A stretch of 64,000 bases of DNA from positions 96,001 to 160,000 of the forward strand of contig CAVSGI010000010.1 of NCBI GenBank assembly GCA_963727445.1, given 5' to 3'. Below are positions 18,200 through 29,199 of this stretch, in pieces. The DNA comes from an uncultured delta proteobacterium. GTDB taxonomy: Bacteria; Myxococcota_A; Polyangia; Polyangiales; B10-G4. A program made the position numbers and the translations under genes. How positions within the stretch are numbered: the stretch's first letter is position 1; every line of letters starts with the position of its first letter. The notes under the pieces were generated by a model. The model saw nothing but the letters and a program-made list of their open reading frames with translations, did not search any database and was not told the origin of the DNA.

Positions 18200-19903
18200 T
18201 CAGGGGCTGGCGTCTGTGGTGCCGTAGCGTTCGATCTCTTCGGTGACCTCGGCCTCGCGCTGCATGTCCTCCATCGTGGGCATGTCGAGCGCCTGAAGCC
18301 GTTCGAGCTCCGCGCGCAGAGCATCGACGCGCGCCTGGATCTCGGTGACGAGCTCGGCCTCGCGCTGCATGTCCTCCATCGTGGGCATGTCGAGCGCGCG
18401 GATGCGTTCGAGGTCGGCGGCCAACTCCGCGAGGCTCGCTTCGCCCGCCTCCTCTTCTTCCTCCTCGGGCTCCGCCGCCCCGAGCTCACCGCCGGTGGCC
18501 ACGGGCGCCGCGACCTCGGCCGGCGCTTCGACCCCGAGGATCGCGCGCCCCAGACCGACGGAGATCTCGGGCACGTAGGTGATGAGCATCAAGCCGCCGA
18601 ACATCAGCACGATGAAGGGCGCGACGCTTCGGAAGACGTGGCCCACCGGGCGCTCGAAGAGGGCGCTCGCCACGAAGAGGTTCAGCCCCACCGGCGGCGT
18701 CAGGTACCCGATCTCGAGGTTCACGATGAAGATGATCCCGAAGTGCATCGGGTCGACGCCCATCGTCATCGCCATCGGCGCCAGGAGCGGGACGAAGATG
18801 AACATGGCGCTGAGGATGTCCATCATCGCGCCCACGACGAGGAGCATCAGGTTCAGCACCACCAGGAACTGCCAGGGCGCGAGGTGCATCGACTCGAGCC
18901 ACTCGGCCGCGGCAGCCGGGATCCCCTGCCCCTCGAGGAACTCCGCGAGGGCGAGGGCCGCGACCATGATCACCAGGAGCGAGCCGAGGAACAGGCCGGT
19001 GTCCTTGAAGATCCGCGGCACGTCCGAGAGGGTGAGCGCGCGGTGGATGTACACCTCCACCACCACCGCGTAGACGACGCTGATCGCCGAGGCTTCGATG
19101 GCGTTGTAGATGCCTCCGTAGATCCCGCCGAGGATGAGCACCGGGAAGAGCAGCGCCCAGAAGCCGTCCAGGGCCGCGCGGCGGAGCTCCCTCGCGTCGA
19201 AGGCCTGGCGCGGCGTCTTGTCCTTGATGCCGTGGAAGATGGAGAAGCCCGCGAGGATGGCGCCCATCACCAAGCCCGGGCCGAAGCCGGAGGCGAAGAG
19301 CTGCTCGACCTCCATGTTCGCGCCCTGGTTGACGATCGGATAGATGATCATCGGGATCGAGGGCGGGATCAGGATCCCCAGCGAGCCCGCCGAGGTGACG
19401 AGGCCGTGGCTGAAGCGCTCGGAGTAGTGATTGGCGATGAGGGTGGGGCCCATCATCGCGCCGATGGCCACCACGGTCGCCGGGCTCGAGCCGCTGATCG
19501 CGGCGAAGAGCATGCAGGCGATGACCGCGCTGATGGCCAGTCCGCCGGGCATCCACCCGATCAGCGCCTTGGCGAAGTCGACGAGGCGCCGGCTGATCGC
19601 GCCTTCGCTCATGATGGCGCCGCTCATGATGAAGAGCGGGATGGCCAAGAGCGGCGGGCTGTCGGCGAGAGAGCGGATGCGCTCGATCAGCACGGAGAAC
19701 TGAGTGATGTCCGTAAAGCCCGCGTAGAGGACCAGGCACAGCACGGTCGCCGCCCCGATCAGCACGAAGAGCGGCTCGCCGAGGAGCGCCATCGCCAGGA
19801 GCGCCGCCGCGAGGAGCCCACCCGAGCCCGAAAAGGGCAGGGCGGCGATCGCCAGAAGGACGACCAGCAGCACCGGATGCAGCTTTCGACCGGCGGCGGT
19901 CAT
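18200..19903 (-). CDS. dctM: TRAP transporter large permease (DctM family) with acidic duplicated tail
   Basis: LLAIPLFI, FAAISGSSPAT, LGILIPPSIPMI, GYLTPPVGLNLF; start MTAAGRK overlaps the dctQ stop. Confidence 0.93.
   Translation of the reverse strand: MTAAGRKLHPVLLVVLLAIAALPFSGSGGLLAAALLAMALLGEPLFVLIGAATVLCLVLYAGFTDITQFSVLIERIRSLADSPPLLAIPLFIMSGAIMSEGAISRRLVDFAKALIGWMPGGLAISAVIACMLFAAISGSSPATVVAIGAMMGPTLIANHYSERFSHGLVTSAGSLGILIPPSIPMIIYPIVNQGANMEVEQLFASGFGPGLVMGAILAGFSIFHGIKDKTPRQAFDARELRRAALDGFWALLFPVLILGGIYGGIYNAIEASAISVVYAVVVEVYIHRALTLSDVPRIFKDTGLFLGSLLVIMVAALALAEFLEGQGIPAAAAEWLESMHLAPWQFLVVLNLMLLVVGAMMDILSAMFIFVPLLAPMAMTMGVDPMHFGIIFIVNLEIGYLTPPVGLNLFVASALFERPVGHVFRSVAPFIVLMFGGLMLITYVPEISVGLGRAILGVEAPAEVAAPVATGGELGAAEPEEEEEEAGEASLAELAADLERIRALDMPTMEDMQREAELVTEIQARVDALRAELERLQALDMPTMEDMQREAEVTEEIERYGTTDASP
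18248..18397. repeat. Identical 45-bp direct repeat (18248-18292 and 18353-18397) encoding ALDMPTMEDMQREAE twice
   Basis: Exact sequence match, period 105 bp, in frame. Confidence 0.9.
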
Positions 19904-20934
19904 CTCTCCGCCTCCGGGTCCTTGTCCGTTCTGGCCTTCTCGGCCGCTTGCACGCTCTCGTCCTTCGGCGGCCGGCCGTAGCCGCCGCCCATCAGCGCGG
20001 AGACGCCGGCGGCGACGAAGCGGAGCATGGTGAGGGCGAAGGCGACGGGGACCGCGAGGGTGCTGATCCAGTCGGGGATGCGCATCTGCGCCGAGAGGCC
20101 TCCGATGGCGCGCATCCCCGTCTCCGGGTCGAAGACGTAGCGGTAGCCGAGCACCATCATGAAGGCGCAGAAGACGGCGGTGCCGAAGTGGCCGAGGGCG
20201 TGGACGTAGCGCGCCGCGCGCGCCGGCAGGATCCGGTCGAAAGCCTCCATCCGCAGGTGGCGGCCCTCGTGGGCGCAGACGCTGGCGCCCAGAAAGCCGA
20301 TCCACAGAAGCAGCATCAAGCTCAGCTCCTGCGACCAGGTGTAGCCCTGTGGGAAGTACGTCAGCGCGAGCCAGACGAAGAGCGGCGTCACCACCAGGCC
20401 GACGATCGCGATCTCGGTCTGCCAGCCGGCGGCCTTCTTTCGCATCTTCGGCAGGCCCCAGAACCCCACGCCGATGCCATAGACAAGGATGTAGACGTAC
20501 TTCGACGGCACCGTGAGCATCAGCCAACAGAAGAGGGCGATGACCCCGGTGGTGACGACGGTGAGGGTGAGCTTGCCCCCGTGCTTCGGCAGGAGCTTCC
20601 GCTTCGCGTGTCGCTCCGCCGTCCAGAAGGCGAACCAGGTGAGCAGGACGCCGATCGCCGCGCCGAGGATCGGCGCCAGGGTGTGATCGACGAGGGCGCG
20701 CGTCGCCTCGCTCTCGATGCCGAAGATGCGGGCGAGGACCGCGCCAACCTTGCTGTCCTGCGAGTCGAGGCGGCGGTAGACGACGTCCAGGAAGACCATC
20801 ACCGCCATGGCGATCAGCGAGGTGACGACGATCGCCTCCTCCGCCTTGAAGACCAGATCGTCGAGTCGGCGCAGTGGCCCGAAGGGTCCCGCAGGGCGGT
20901 CCTGTCCACGCGCCTCGCCGGCCCCCGTCCCCAT
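19900..20934 (-). CDS. dctQ: TRAP transporter small permease (DctQ family), enlarged
   Basis: WSQELSLMLLLWIGFLGAS..HLRME DctQ motif; 344 aa with extra TM helices. Confidence 0.85.
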   Translation of the reverse strand: MGTGAGEARGQDRPAGPFGPLRRLDDLVFKAEEAIVVTSLIAMAVMVFLDVVYRRLDSQDSKVGAVLARIFGIESEATRALVDHTLAPILGAAIGVLLTWFAFWTAERHAKRKLLPKHGGKLTLTVVTTGVIALFCWLMLTVPSKYVYILVYGIGVGFWGLPKMRKKAAGWQTEIAIVGLVVTPLFVWLALTYFPQGYTWSQELSLMLLLWIGFLGASVCAHEGRHLRMEAFDRILPARAARYVHALGHFGTAVFCAFMMVLGYRYVFDPETGMRAIGGLSAQMRIPDWISTLAVPVAFALTMLRFVAAGVSALMGGGYGRPPKDESVQAAEKARTDKDPEAER

Positions 20935-20992
20935 ACCGGCCGGGAACCTATTTCCATCGGCCTTTCGGGGTCAAGCGCAGTACATAGGAGGG

Positions 20993-22177
20993 GTGACGGG
21001 CTCTCCGCGGCAGATTCTCCACGTCGACATGGACGCCTTCTACGCGTCCGTGGAGCAGCGCGACAATCCGTCCCTGCGCGGCAAGCCGGTCATCGTCGGC
21101 GGTCCCTCGAAGCGCGGCGTGGTCTCGGCGGCGAGCTACGAGGTCCGGCCCTTCGGCGTCCGCTCCGCGATGCCCATGGCCGAGGCCCTCAGGCGCTGCC
21201 CGGAGGCGATCGTCATCCGTGGGGACATGGGTCGCTACGCCGAGGTCTCGGCCCGGGTCTTCGAGATCTTCCGGCGATACTCGCCGCTGGTGCAGGGCAT
21301 GAGCCTCGACGAGGCCTTCATCGACGTCACCGCGAGCCAGGCGCTCTTCGGCGACGGGGCCACCATCGCCGCGCGGATCCGGGAGGACATCCGGCGCGAG
21401 GTGCACCTGACGGCGTCAGCCGGCGTCGCGCCGAGCAAGTTCGTCGCGAAGGTCGCGAGCGACCTCGACAAACCCGACGGGCTGGTGGTGGTGCGCGAGG
21501 GGGAGGTCGAAGCGTTCCTCGCGCCCTTGTCGATCGATCGCATGTGGGGGATCGGCCCGCGCGCCGCGGCGCAGCTCCGCGAGCACGGCTACGAGACGAT
21601 GGGTGATCTCGCCCGCGCGCCCGAAGACCGTCTCACGCGCCTGCTCGGGAGCTGGGGCGAATCCGTGGCGCGTCTCGCCCGCGGGATCGACGAGCGCGAG
21701 GTCGTCATCGGTGAGCCCGCCAAGTCCATCGGCGCCGAAGAGACCTTCGCGCACGACCTCGAGACGCGCGCCGAGGTCGAGCGACACCTCCTCGCGCAGG
21801 CGCGTCGCGTCGCGCGCCGCCTGTTGAAGGCCGGGCTCTCCGGGAGCGTGGTGACCGTCAAGCTCAAGTACAAAGACTTCACGTTGCGCTCGCGGCAGAA
21901 GCACCTGCCCGAGCCCGTGGACGACACCGACTCGATCTACGAGGCCGCGACCAGTCTTCTCGGCCGTTTCCCCCGTGGGGTGAAGGGCGTCCGGCTCACC
22001 GGCGTCTCCGTTTCCCATCTCGAAGCGGGGCCTCCGCCGCCCGTGCTCTTTCCCGACGAGCGAAAGGCGCGGCGGACCAAGGTCGAGCGGGCCGTCGCCG
22101 AGCTCGAGTCCCGCTTCGGCGTGGGGGGCATCACCCGCGCAGCGCTCCTCGAGGACGACTCCGCGCGCGACGAATGA
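20993..22177 (+). CDS. dinB: DNA polymerase IV
   Basis: ILHVDMDAFYASVE, SYEVRPFGVRSAM, SLDEAF, KPDG; GTG start after AGGAG. Confidence 0.96.
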   Translation: MTGSPRQILHVDMDAFYASVEQRDNPSLRGKPVIVGGPSKRGVVSAASYEVRPFGVRSAMPMAEALRRCPEAIVIRGDMGRYAEVSARVFEIFRRYSPLVQGMSLDEAFIDVTASQALFGDGATIAARIREDIRREVHLTASAGVAPSKFVAKVASDLDKPDGLVVVREGEVEAFLAPLSIDRMWGIGPRAAAQLREHGYETMGDLARAPEDRLTRLLGSWGESVARLARGIDEREVVIGEPAKSIGAEETFAHDLETRAEVERHLLAQARRVARRLLKAGLSGSVVTVKLKYKDFTLRSRQKHLPEPVDDTDSIYEAATSLLGRFPRGVKGVRLTGVSVSHLEAGPPPPVLFPDERKARRTKVERAVAELESRFGVGGITRAALLEDDSARDE

Positions 22178-22268
22178 GGCGCGCACATTCTTCACACAGT
22201 CGGTTGGACACGACGCGGGATTTGCGTGACAGAGGCGGCCGGGCCAGAAGATTGCAGGGCTATTGGTG

Positions 22269-22284
22269 TGGCATGGGTGCTGCT
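22269..22284 (+). promoter_or_regulatory. Sigma-54-type -24/-12 promoter
   Basis: TGGCAT-GGGTG-CTGCT (GG-N10-GC), about 28 bp before the ATG at 22312. Confidence 0.55.
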
Positions 22285-22311
22285 GTGATGCCCTGCCCTG
22301 GGAGGACTTCC

Positions 22312-23304
22312 ATGGCCCGTGTTTTGACCCTGAGCACCCTCACCTTCGTCATCGCCGTTGCCACCGTTGGCTGCGGCGACTCGACCGTCACTGACACCGG
22401 TGTCGCGACAGACTCTTCCGTAGACACCAGCGTGGGCATGGACGCCACGCCCGATGGGATGGCGGACGCCACGCCCGATGGGATGACGGATGGGGCGATG
22501 GACGCCACGCCCGATGGGATGACGGATGGGGCGATGGATGCGACGCCCGATGGGATGACGGATGGGGCGATGGATGCCACGCCCGATGGGATGACGGATG
22601 CCATGGCCGACGGGGCGATGGACGCGACGCCCGATGGGATGGCCGACGGGGCGATGGACGCGACGCCGGACGGGATGGCCGACGCGTCGATGGACGCCAC
22701 TGCGGACGCCGTCGCAGACGCGATGCCGGACGCCATCGCGGATGGGGCGGTGGACACCGCGGTCTGTCCCTCGGGCTGCGACTGCGACATCGACTGCACC
22801 GGTCGCACGACGTGCCTCTGCGCCACGGGATGTCCGTGCAACATGCGCTGCACCGGCGGAACCACCTGCATCGGGACCTGCAGCGGCGCCGGCACTTCCT
22901 GCTACTACAACGGCACGGGCCGCTCGATGTTGGACCTCGCCTGCACCAGCTCGGCCACGTGCACCTTCGATGCGGCCGGCACCTCCGACGCCACCGTGGA
23001 CTGCAGCTCGATGGCGGATTGCTCGGTCGACGCCACCGGCTCGTCGGGGATCATGCTTGCATGTGACTCGGGCGCGGACTGCACCATCGACGCCACCGGC
23101 TCGTCGGACGTCATGATGAGCTGCAACGCCACCACCTGCGACCTCACCTGCGACGACGCCTCCTCGTGCGTCCTCGACTGCATGCCGAGCGCCACTTGCT
23201 ACCTGAGCTGCGGCGGCACCTCGACCTCCTGCGGCTTCGGAACCTGCGCCGCCCCGACCACCTGCAGCGCTACGCTGACGGTGTGCAACGGGACCTGCCC
23301 GTAG
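22312..23304 (+). CDS. Cys-rich lipoprotein with Met/Asp-rich tandem-repeat linker
   Basis: GGAGG RBS, lipobox TVGC, MDATPDGMTDGA repeats, Cys-spaced C-terminal repeats. Confidence 0.85.
   Translation: MARVLTLSTLTFVIAVATVGCGDSTVTDTGVATDSSVDTSVGMDATPDGMADATPDGMTDGAMDATPDGMTDGAMDATPDGMTDGAMDATPDGMTDAMADGAMDATPDGMADGAMDATPDGMADASMDATADAVADAMPDAIADGAVDTAVCPSGCDCDIDCTGRTTCLCATGCPCNMRCTGGTTCIGTCSGAGTSCYYNGTGRSMLDLACTSSATCTFDAAGTSDATVDCSSMADCSVDATGSSGIMLACDSGADCTIDATGSSDVMMSCNATTCDLTCDDASSCVLDCMPSATCYLSCGGTSTSCGFGTCAAPTTCSATLTVCNGTCP
22438..22700 (+). repeat. Imperfect 36-bp coding tandem repeat (MDATPDGMTDGA)
   Basis: About 7 copies of atggacgccacgcccgatggg variants. Confidence 0.9.
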
Positions 23305-23330
23305 CGGGCATATCCACGACGGCGAGCCCG

Positions 23331-23894
23331 TCACGGGCGAGCGCACGTGCAGACCTTCTCGAACGCATCGAGGAGGTCAGACTGGCCGAGCGCTTCTTCG
23401 AGCTGGCCGAGGAGGTCTCGGACCTCTGCTTCATCGACGCGTTCGCTCGCGAGGAGCGCACGCACGTCGTCGATGTCCTTGCCTCGACCCGCCAGCACCT
23501 TCATCACCACGAGATGTGTGGGATGCGCGACCGGCACGCGGACGCCTTCGACCTCCACCCGCTCCGCGTGGTCCAGCGCCAACCGCTCGAGGCCAGCACC
23601 TGCGACGACGAGATCGACCTCCATCCCCGACGGATGCGAGAGGGGCAGCACGGCAGCGCTGGCGAGGAGCTCGTCGGCGGATTCCGGAAATCGGTGCGTG
23701 AGCCCGCTCTCGGCGAGGCGCTCGACCAACGCCGGGAGGTCTTGCTTCGGGACGGCGACGGTTACGTCCACGTCCTGGGTTGCGCGGGGCGCACCCCAGA
23801 TGGCCACCGCCTGCGCACCGAAGACGTACCACTCGATCCCCGCGCCATCGAGAACCGACGCGAGGGCCGAGAGCGTCTCACCCAGCGCCGACAT
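23331..23894 (-). CDS. Nucleotidyltransferase (DUF6036/AbiEii-like)
   Basis: VFGAQAVAIWGAPRATQDVD and KVLAGRGKDIDD motifs. Confidence 0.82.
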   Translation of the reverse strand: MSALGETLSALASVLDGAGIEWYVFGAQAVAIWGAPRATQDVDVTVAVPKQDLPALVERLAESGLTHRFPESADELLASAAVLPLSHPSGMEVDLVVAGAGLERLALDHAERVEVEGVRVPVAHPTHLVVMKVLAGRGKDIDDVRALLASERVDEAEVRDLLGQLEEALGQSDLLDAFEKVCTCARP

Positions 23895-24135
23895 CGGATG
23901 CTCGATCCAAGAGAGCGCGAAGGCGAAGGTGCATTCGCAGGTCTTCCCTCCGTTGCTCGTCGCTGGGCCACCCCGGGTTCGTGCGCCGATGGGCCTCGTA
24001 GAGATCGACCGCCAATCTCACCTTCTCCGCAACGGGCGCCTGGGCCCGGGCCTTCAGCGACAGGCGTGATGGCGCTCCCCAGTCTCGTTCGGCGTACTCG
24101 CGCAACGCCTCCGGATCGAGAGACATCGAAGACAT
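23878..24135 (-). CDS. Small helical protein, putative partner/antitoxin of the nucleotidyltransferase
   Basis: 85 aa ORF overlapping the NTase start by 17 bp. Confidence 0.7.
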   Translation of the reverse strand: MSSMSLDPEALREYAERDWGAPSRLSLKARAQAPVAEKVRLAVDLYEAHRRTNPGWPSDEQRREDLRMHLRLRALLDRASDVGAG

Positions 24136-24198
24136 GATAACACGGGGGCAACGCTCACCGGCCTTCGGCTGAGCGCAGGGCGCGCCGTCCTCCCCAGG

Positions 24199-25500
24199 CT
24201 ACCGCCGCGTGAAGCGGAGCACGTGCCGGTAGATGTTCGTCGGGTTCACCTGGCCCATGTTCCAGTCGTAGTCGGGGCCGTCGGGATCGGAGCTGTAGTT
24301 GTAGAGGATGATCTCTTCGGCGGTCTCGCCCTCGAGCCAGCCGGCGAAGCAGGTGTCGCCGCGCGACGGGAGGTCGAGGATGTAGGCGATGCGGCTCTCG
24401 CCCTGGACCCAGCGCCAGAGCGAGCAGCGCTTGGGCGCGGTGATGTACTCGTACTGGTTTTCGAAGGTCATCGCGAGGTGGTCGCCGGCGGTGCTCATCA
24501 CGTCGTAGTTGCCGGACTCGGTCACGTTGCGGCGGCCCACGAGATAGGCCTCGCCGTCGTGCCAGAACATCAGGGGCGAGTCGTACTTCTTCGGGTCGCC
24601 CACACAGCTCCAGTCCGTGATGTCGCTGGCGGGCGCCGTGCAGACCTTGCTGCCCCAGCCGAGGTCGTCCCCCGCTTCGTTTCGGATGACCCCGTAGAGG
24701 GTGCCGTCGTCGGCCAGAGCGAAGTCGGTCTCGCTGCCGCCGCCCATGGAGATGACGGGACGCGAGGGGTTCAGCGGGGTCCAGGTGATGCCGTCCGCGG
24801 TGGTGCGGAGCTCGATGGTGAGCGGCTCGCCGTCGGTGTAGATGTTTTCCCCGCCCGCATAGACGAGCATGTACGGCGTCCCGCGCTCCATCTTGGTGCG
24901 CCACGCGATGAAGCTGCCGGTGCCGATGTCGCCCAGGGGCGCGAGATCCGACCACGTCCCGTCCGCGGCGCGCATCGTGTACGAGACGCCCTGGGGCTCG
25001 AAGGCGGTGGGCGAGTCGCCGAGATTGGCCATGTAGAGGAAGAGCTGGTCACCGAGCGAGAGAAAGCGTGGCTCGCGGAGGTCGTGACCGACCGCGAAGC
25101 TCGTCTCGAAGTCCCAGGTGCGCTCGTCGTCGGTGGAGATGACGTACATCTCGACGTCGGGGGACGCGAAGTGGGTCGGGGCGGTGCGGAACGCGAGATA
25201 GATCCGGCCGTCGCTGTGGCGCACGACGTCGAGGTTGTTTCTGGCGTCTTGGAGCATGACCTCGGGCGGCAGCCCGTCGCCCGGGATCACCTGCCGGGTG
25301 TCGACGATCTCCACGTCGTGCAGGCCCGGCTCCGAGGGCGGTGGAGGCGGTGGGGGCGGCGGCACGTAGGGGCCGGTGTCCACCGCGGAGTCGACCGGCC
25401 CGTCGGGGGCCGCGTCCAGGGCCGCGTCCGTCGCGCTCCCATCGTCCCCGCAAGCCACGAGGAAGAGCACACAAGAGCCCAGCACCGCGAGTCGTCCCAC
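24199..25500 (-). CDS. Hypothetical lipoprotein, probable beta-propeller (BNR/sialidase-like)
   Basis: Lipobox LVAC; Asp-box-like STDDERTW and TADGITW. Confidence 0.75.
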   Translation of the reverse strand: MGRLAVLGSCVLFLVACGDDGSATDAALDAAPDGPVDSAVDTGPYVPPPPPPPPPSEPGLHDVEIVDTRQVIPGDGLPPEVMLQDARNNLDVVRHSDGRIYLAFRTAPTHFASPDVEMYVISTDDERTWDFETSFAVGHDLREPRFLSLGDQLFLYMANLGDSPTAFEPQGVSYTMRAADGTWSDLAPLGDIGTGSFIAWRTKMERGTPYMLVYAGGENIYTDGEPLTIELRTTADGITWTPLNPSRPVISMGGGSETDFALADDGTLYGVIRNEAGDDLGWGSKVCTAPASDITDWSCVGDPKKYDSPLMFWHDGEAYLVGRRNVTESGNYDVMSTAGDHLAMTFENQYEYITAPKRCSLWRWVQGESRIAYILDLPSRGDTCFAGWLEGETAEEIILYNYSSDPDGPDYDWNMGQVNPTNIYRHVLRFTRR

Positions 25501-25549
25501 CCGCCGAAGATGGGAGCTTCCTCCGGGAGGCGCAAACGCCCGCCCCGGC

Positions 25550-26212
25550 TCAGCGCTCGACCAGCACCTCTGTGAGGGGCTTCTTGCCCAGATTCGGCAC
25601 CCGGCACGCGTCGGATGGGTAGCCCACCGGCATCAAGAGGTAGGGGCGCTCGTTGTCCGGGCGGCCGAGGATCTCCCCCAGGAAGCGCATCGGGCTCGGC
25701 GTGTGGGTCAGCGTCGCGAGGCCCGCGTGGTGCAGCGCCGTGATCAACATCCCGCTGGCGATCCCCACGGACTCGTTCACGTAATAGTTCCGCTCATGGG
25801 GCTCGCGGCCGTGCTTGTGGGCGAAGACGACGATCAGTGCCGGGGCCTCCTCGAGGAAGGGCTTGTGCTCGTCGGTGCCGATGGCTGCGAGGTCGCGCAG
25901 CCACTGCGCCGAGGCCCGTCCTCCATAGAAGGCGGCCTCCTCTTCTTCCGCGGCCACCCGAATGCGCTTCTTGAGGTCGGGATCGGTGACCAGCACGAAG
26001 GTCCAGGGCTGCTTGTTGGCTCCGCTGGGGGCCTGGGCGGCGGCGGCGATGCATTGGCGGACGACCTCGAGGGGGATGGGCTCGGCGGAAAACTCCCGAA
26101 CCGAGCGCCTCGAGCTCAGCTCGTCCCGGATCTCCATGGCCCGGTCGAGCATCTCGCGCTCCCCGAGGCGGCGGAAGGTCAGGGGGGAGAAGCTCGGGAG
26201 GTTGTCGCTCAT
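25550..26212 (-). CDS. Nitroreductase-family flavoprotein, iodotyrosine deiodinase-like
   Basis: RRSVREFS, APSGANKQPW, AAEEEEAAFY, KPFLEEAP, YYVNESVGIA, LTHTPSPM. Confidence 0.88.
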   Translation of the reverse strand: MSDNLPSFSPLTFRRLGEREMLDRAMEIRDELSSRRSVREFSAEPIPLEVVRQCIAAAAQAPSGANKQPWTFVLVTDPDLKKRIRVAAEEEEAAFYGGRASAQWLRDLAAIGTDEHKPFLEEAPALIVVFAHKHGREPHERNYYVNESVGIASGMLITALHHAGLATLTHTPSPMRFLGEILGRPDNERPYLLMPVGYPSDACRVPNLGKKPLTEVLVER

Positions 26213-26488
26213 GCCTCCTTATATGCCAGGGCGCCGTTTTGGTGACGCAGCCGACCTCTCGAGGTGCCGAGATCGCGGCAAACCCTGCGCCGCGGACCTG
26301 AAGATCGGGTGATCATTCGGGATCGTGGGTGCACAGCCGCTTCCCCCCACCATCGTTTTTCGAATCGTCACGCGACCGCGTTGACAGCCGCCCTTGTTCG
26401 CTTAACCTCCGCCCCGTGCCGTACGCGCCATCCCACTTCGAGTGGACCCTGCGCATCGACGGCCGACTTGTCTCCGGACGCAGGGTGA

Positions 26489-28186
<1,698 letters not shown>

Positions 28187-28262
28187 GCGTCTCGCCTGAC
28201 ATCCATGTCGCGATCGGCGCAAGATGGCGTCTTTTTCCTCAGTGTTTTCAGCGACCGAACGT

Positions 28263-28278
28263 GGGCACGGGGGATGCT
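28263..28278 (+). promoter_or_regulatory. Sigma-54-type -24/-12 promoter
   Basis: GGGCACG-GGGG-ATGCT (GG-N10-GC) about 80 bp upstream of the lipoprotein pair. Confidence 0.45.
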
Positions 28279-28359
28279 TGTCCATGGGGTTCGCGCTTGA
28301 TTCGCGCGCGCGCCCCTGAGGTACTAGGATGCCCCGGCCTGTTCTGGGGAGGATTTGGG

Positions 28360-29169
28360 ATGATGAGGATGCTTCGCTTTTCCATGATGCTTGCCGCTGC
28401 CGCGCTTCTCTTCGCTTGCGGAGACGACGGCCGGATGACTACGGACGGTGGCGCGGACACGTCGGTTCCCGTGGACACGGGGACGACGAGTGACACCGGC
28501 ACCACGGCCGACACCGGCACGATGGCCGACACCGGCACGACGACCGACAGCGGCATGGGCGGCACCTGCGGGGGCTCCGCGTGCGACCTCGTGACCGGCG
28601 GTGGCTGCGGCGCGGGACAGAGCTGTCAGTTTCTCGCACCGATGATGGGCGCCGATCCCGAGGCGATGTGCGTGCCCGCCGGCACCGCCGGCGACGGAAT
28701 GCCTTGCATGAATTACATGGACTGTCAGGAGGGCTTTGCGTGCATCACCGCCGACGGGGCGATGGAGGGCACCTGCCAGCACTACTGCTGCCCGGGCGGC
28801 ACCGGCGCGTCGGCCGCCTGTCCCACCGGCCAGACCTGCTCCACCACCTTCATGGGCACCGATGTGGGCTTCTGCTCCTTCGCGGATGACTGCGACCCGG
28901 TCGGGATGACCGGCTGCATGGGTACCGAGGCCTGCTACCCCGGCCCGGACGGCACCTTCCAGTGCGCGACCCCCGGCATGCTCACCGAGGGCGAGACCTG
29001 CGAGACCTTCGTCAACGAGTGCGCCGCCGGCCTCGCTTGCTTGATGGGTCAGTGTCGGAAGCTGTGCGACACCGACAGCGGCATGGGCTGCGGCGCGATG
29101 CAGATGTGCACCGTCGGCCTCTCGGGCTTCGATACCCTGGGGGCGTGTGATCCGGTCGCGACCCCGTAG
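28360..29169 (+). CDS. Cys-rich, Met-rich lipoprotein
   Basis: Lipobox LFAC, DTGTT linker repeats, regularly spaced Cys. Confidence 0.85.
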   Translation: MMRMLRFSMMLAAAALLFACGDDGRMTTDGGADTSVPVDTGTTSDTGTTADTGTMADTGTTTDSGMGGTCGGSACDLVTGGGCGAGQSCQFLAPMMGADPEAMCVPAGTAGDGMPCMNYMDCQEGFACITADGAMEGTCQHYCCPGGTGASAACPTGQTCSTTFMGTDVGFCSFADDCDPVGMTGCMGTEACYPGPDGTFQCATPGMLTEGETCETFVNECAAGLACLMGQCRKLCDTDSGMGCGAMQMCTVGLSGFDTLGACDPVATP

Positions 29170-29199
29170 CTCGTCTCCCGGCTCCGCCGGGGATATGAT

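Noticed and set aside
20935..20992. LexA/SOS box upstream of dinB
   Set aside because: No convincing palindrome or known LexA motif recognised
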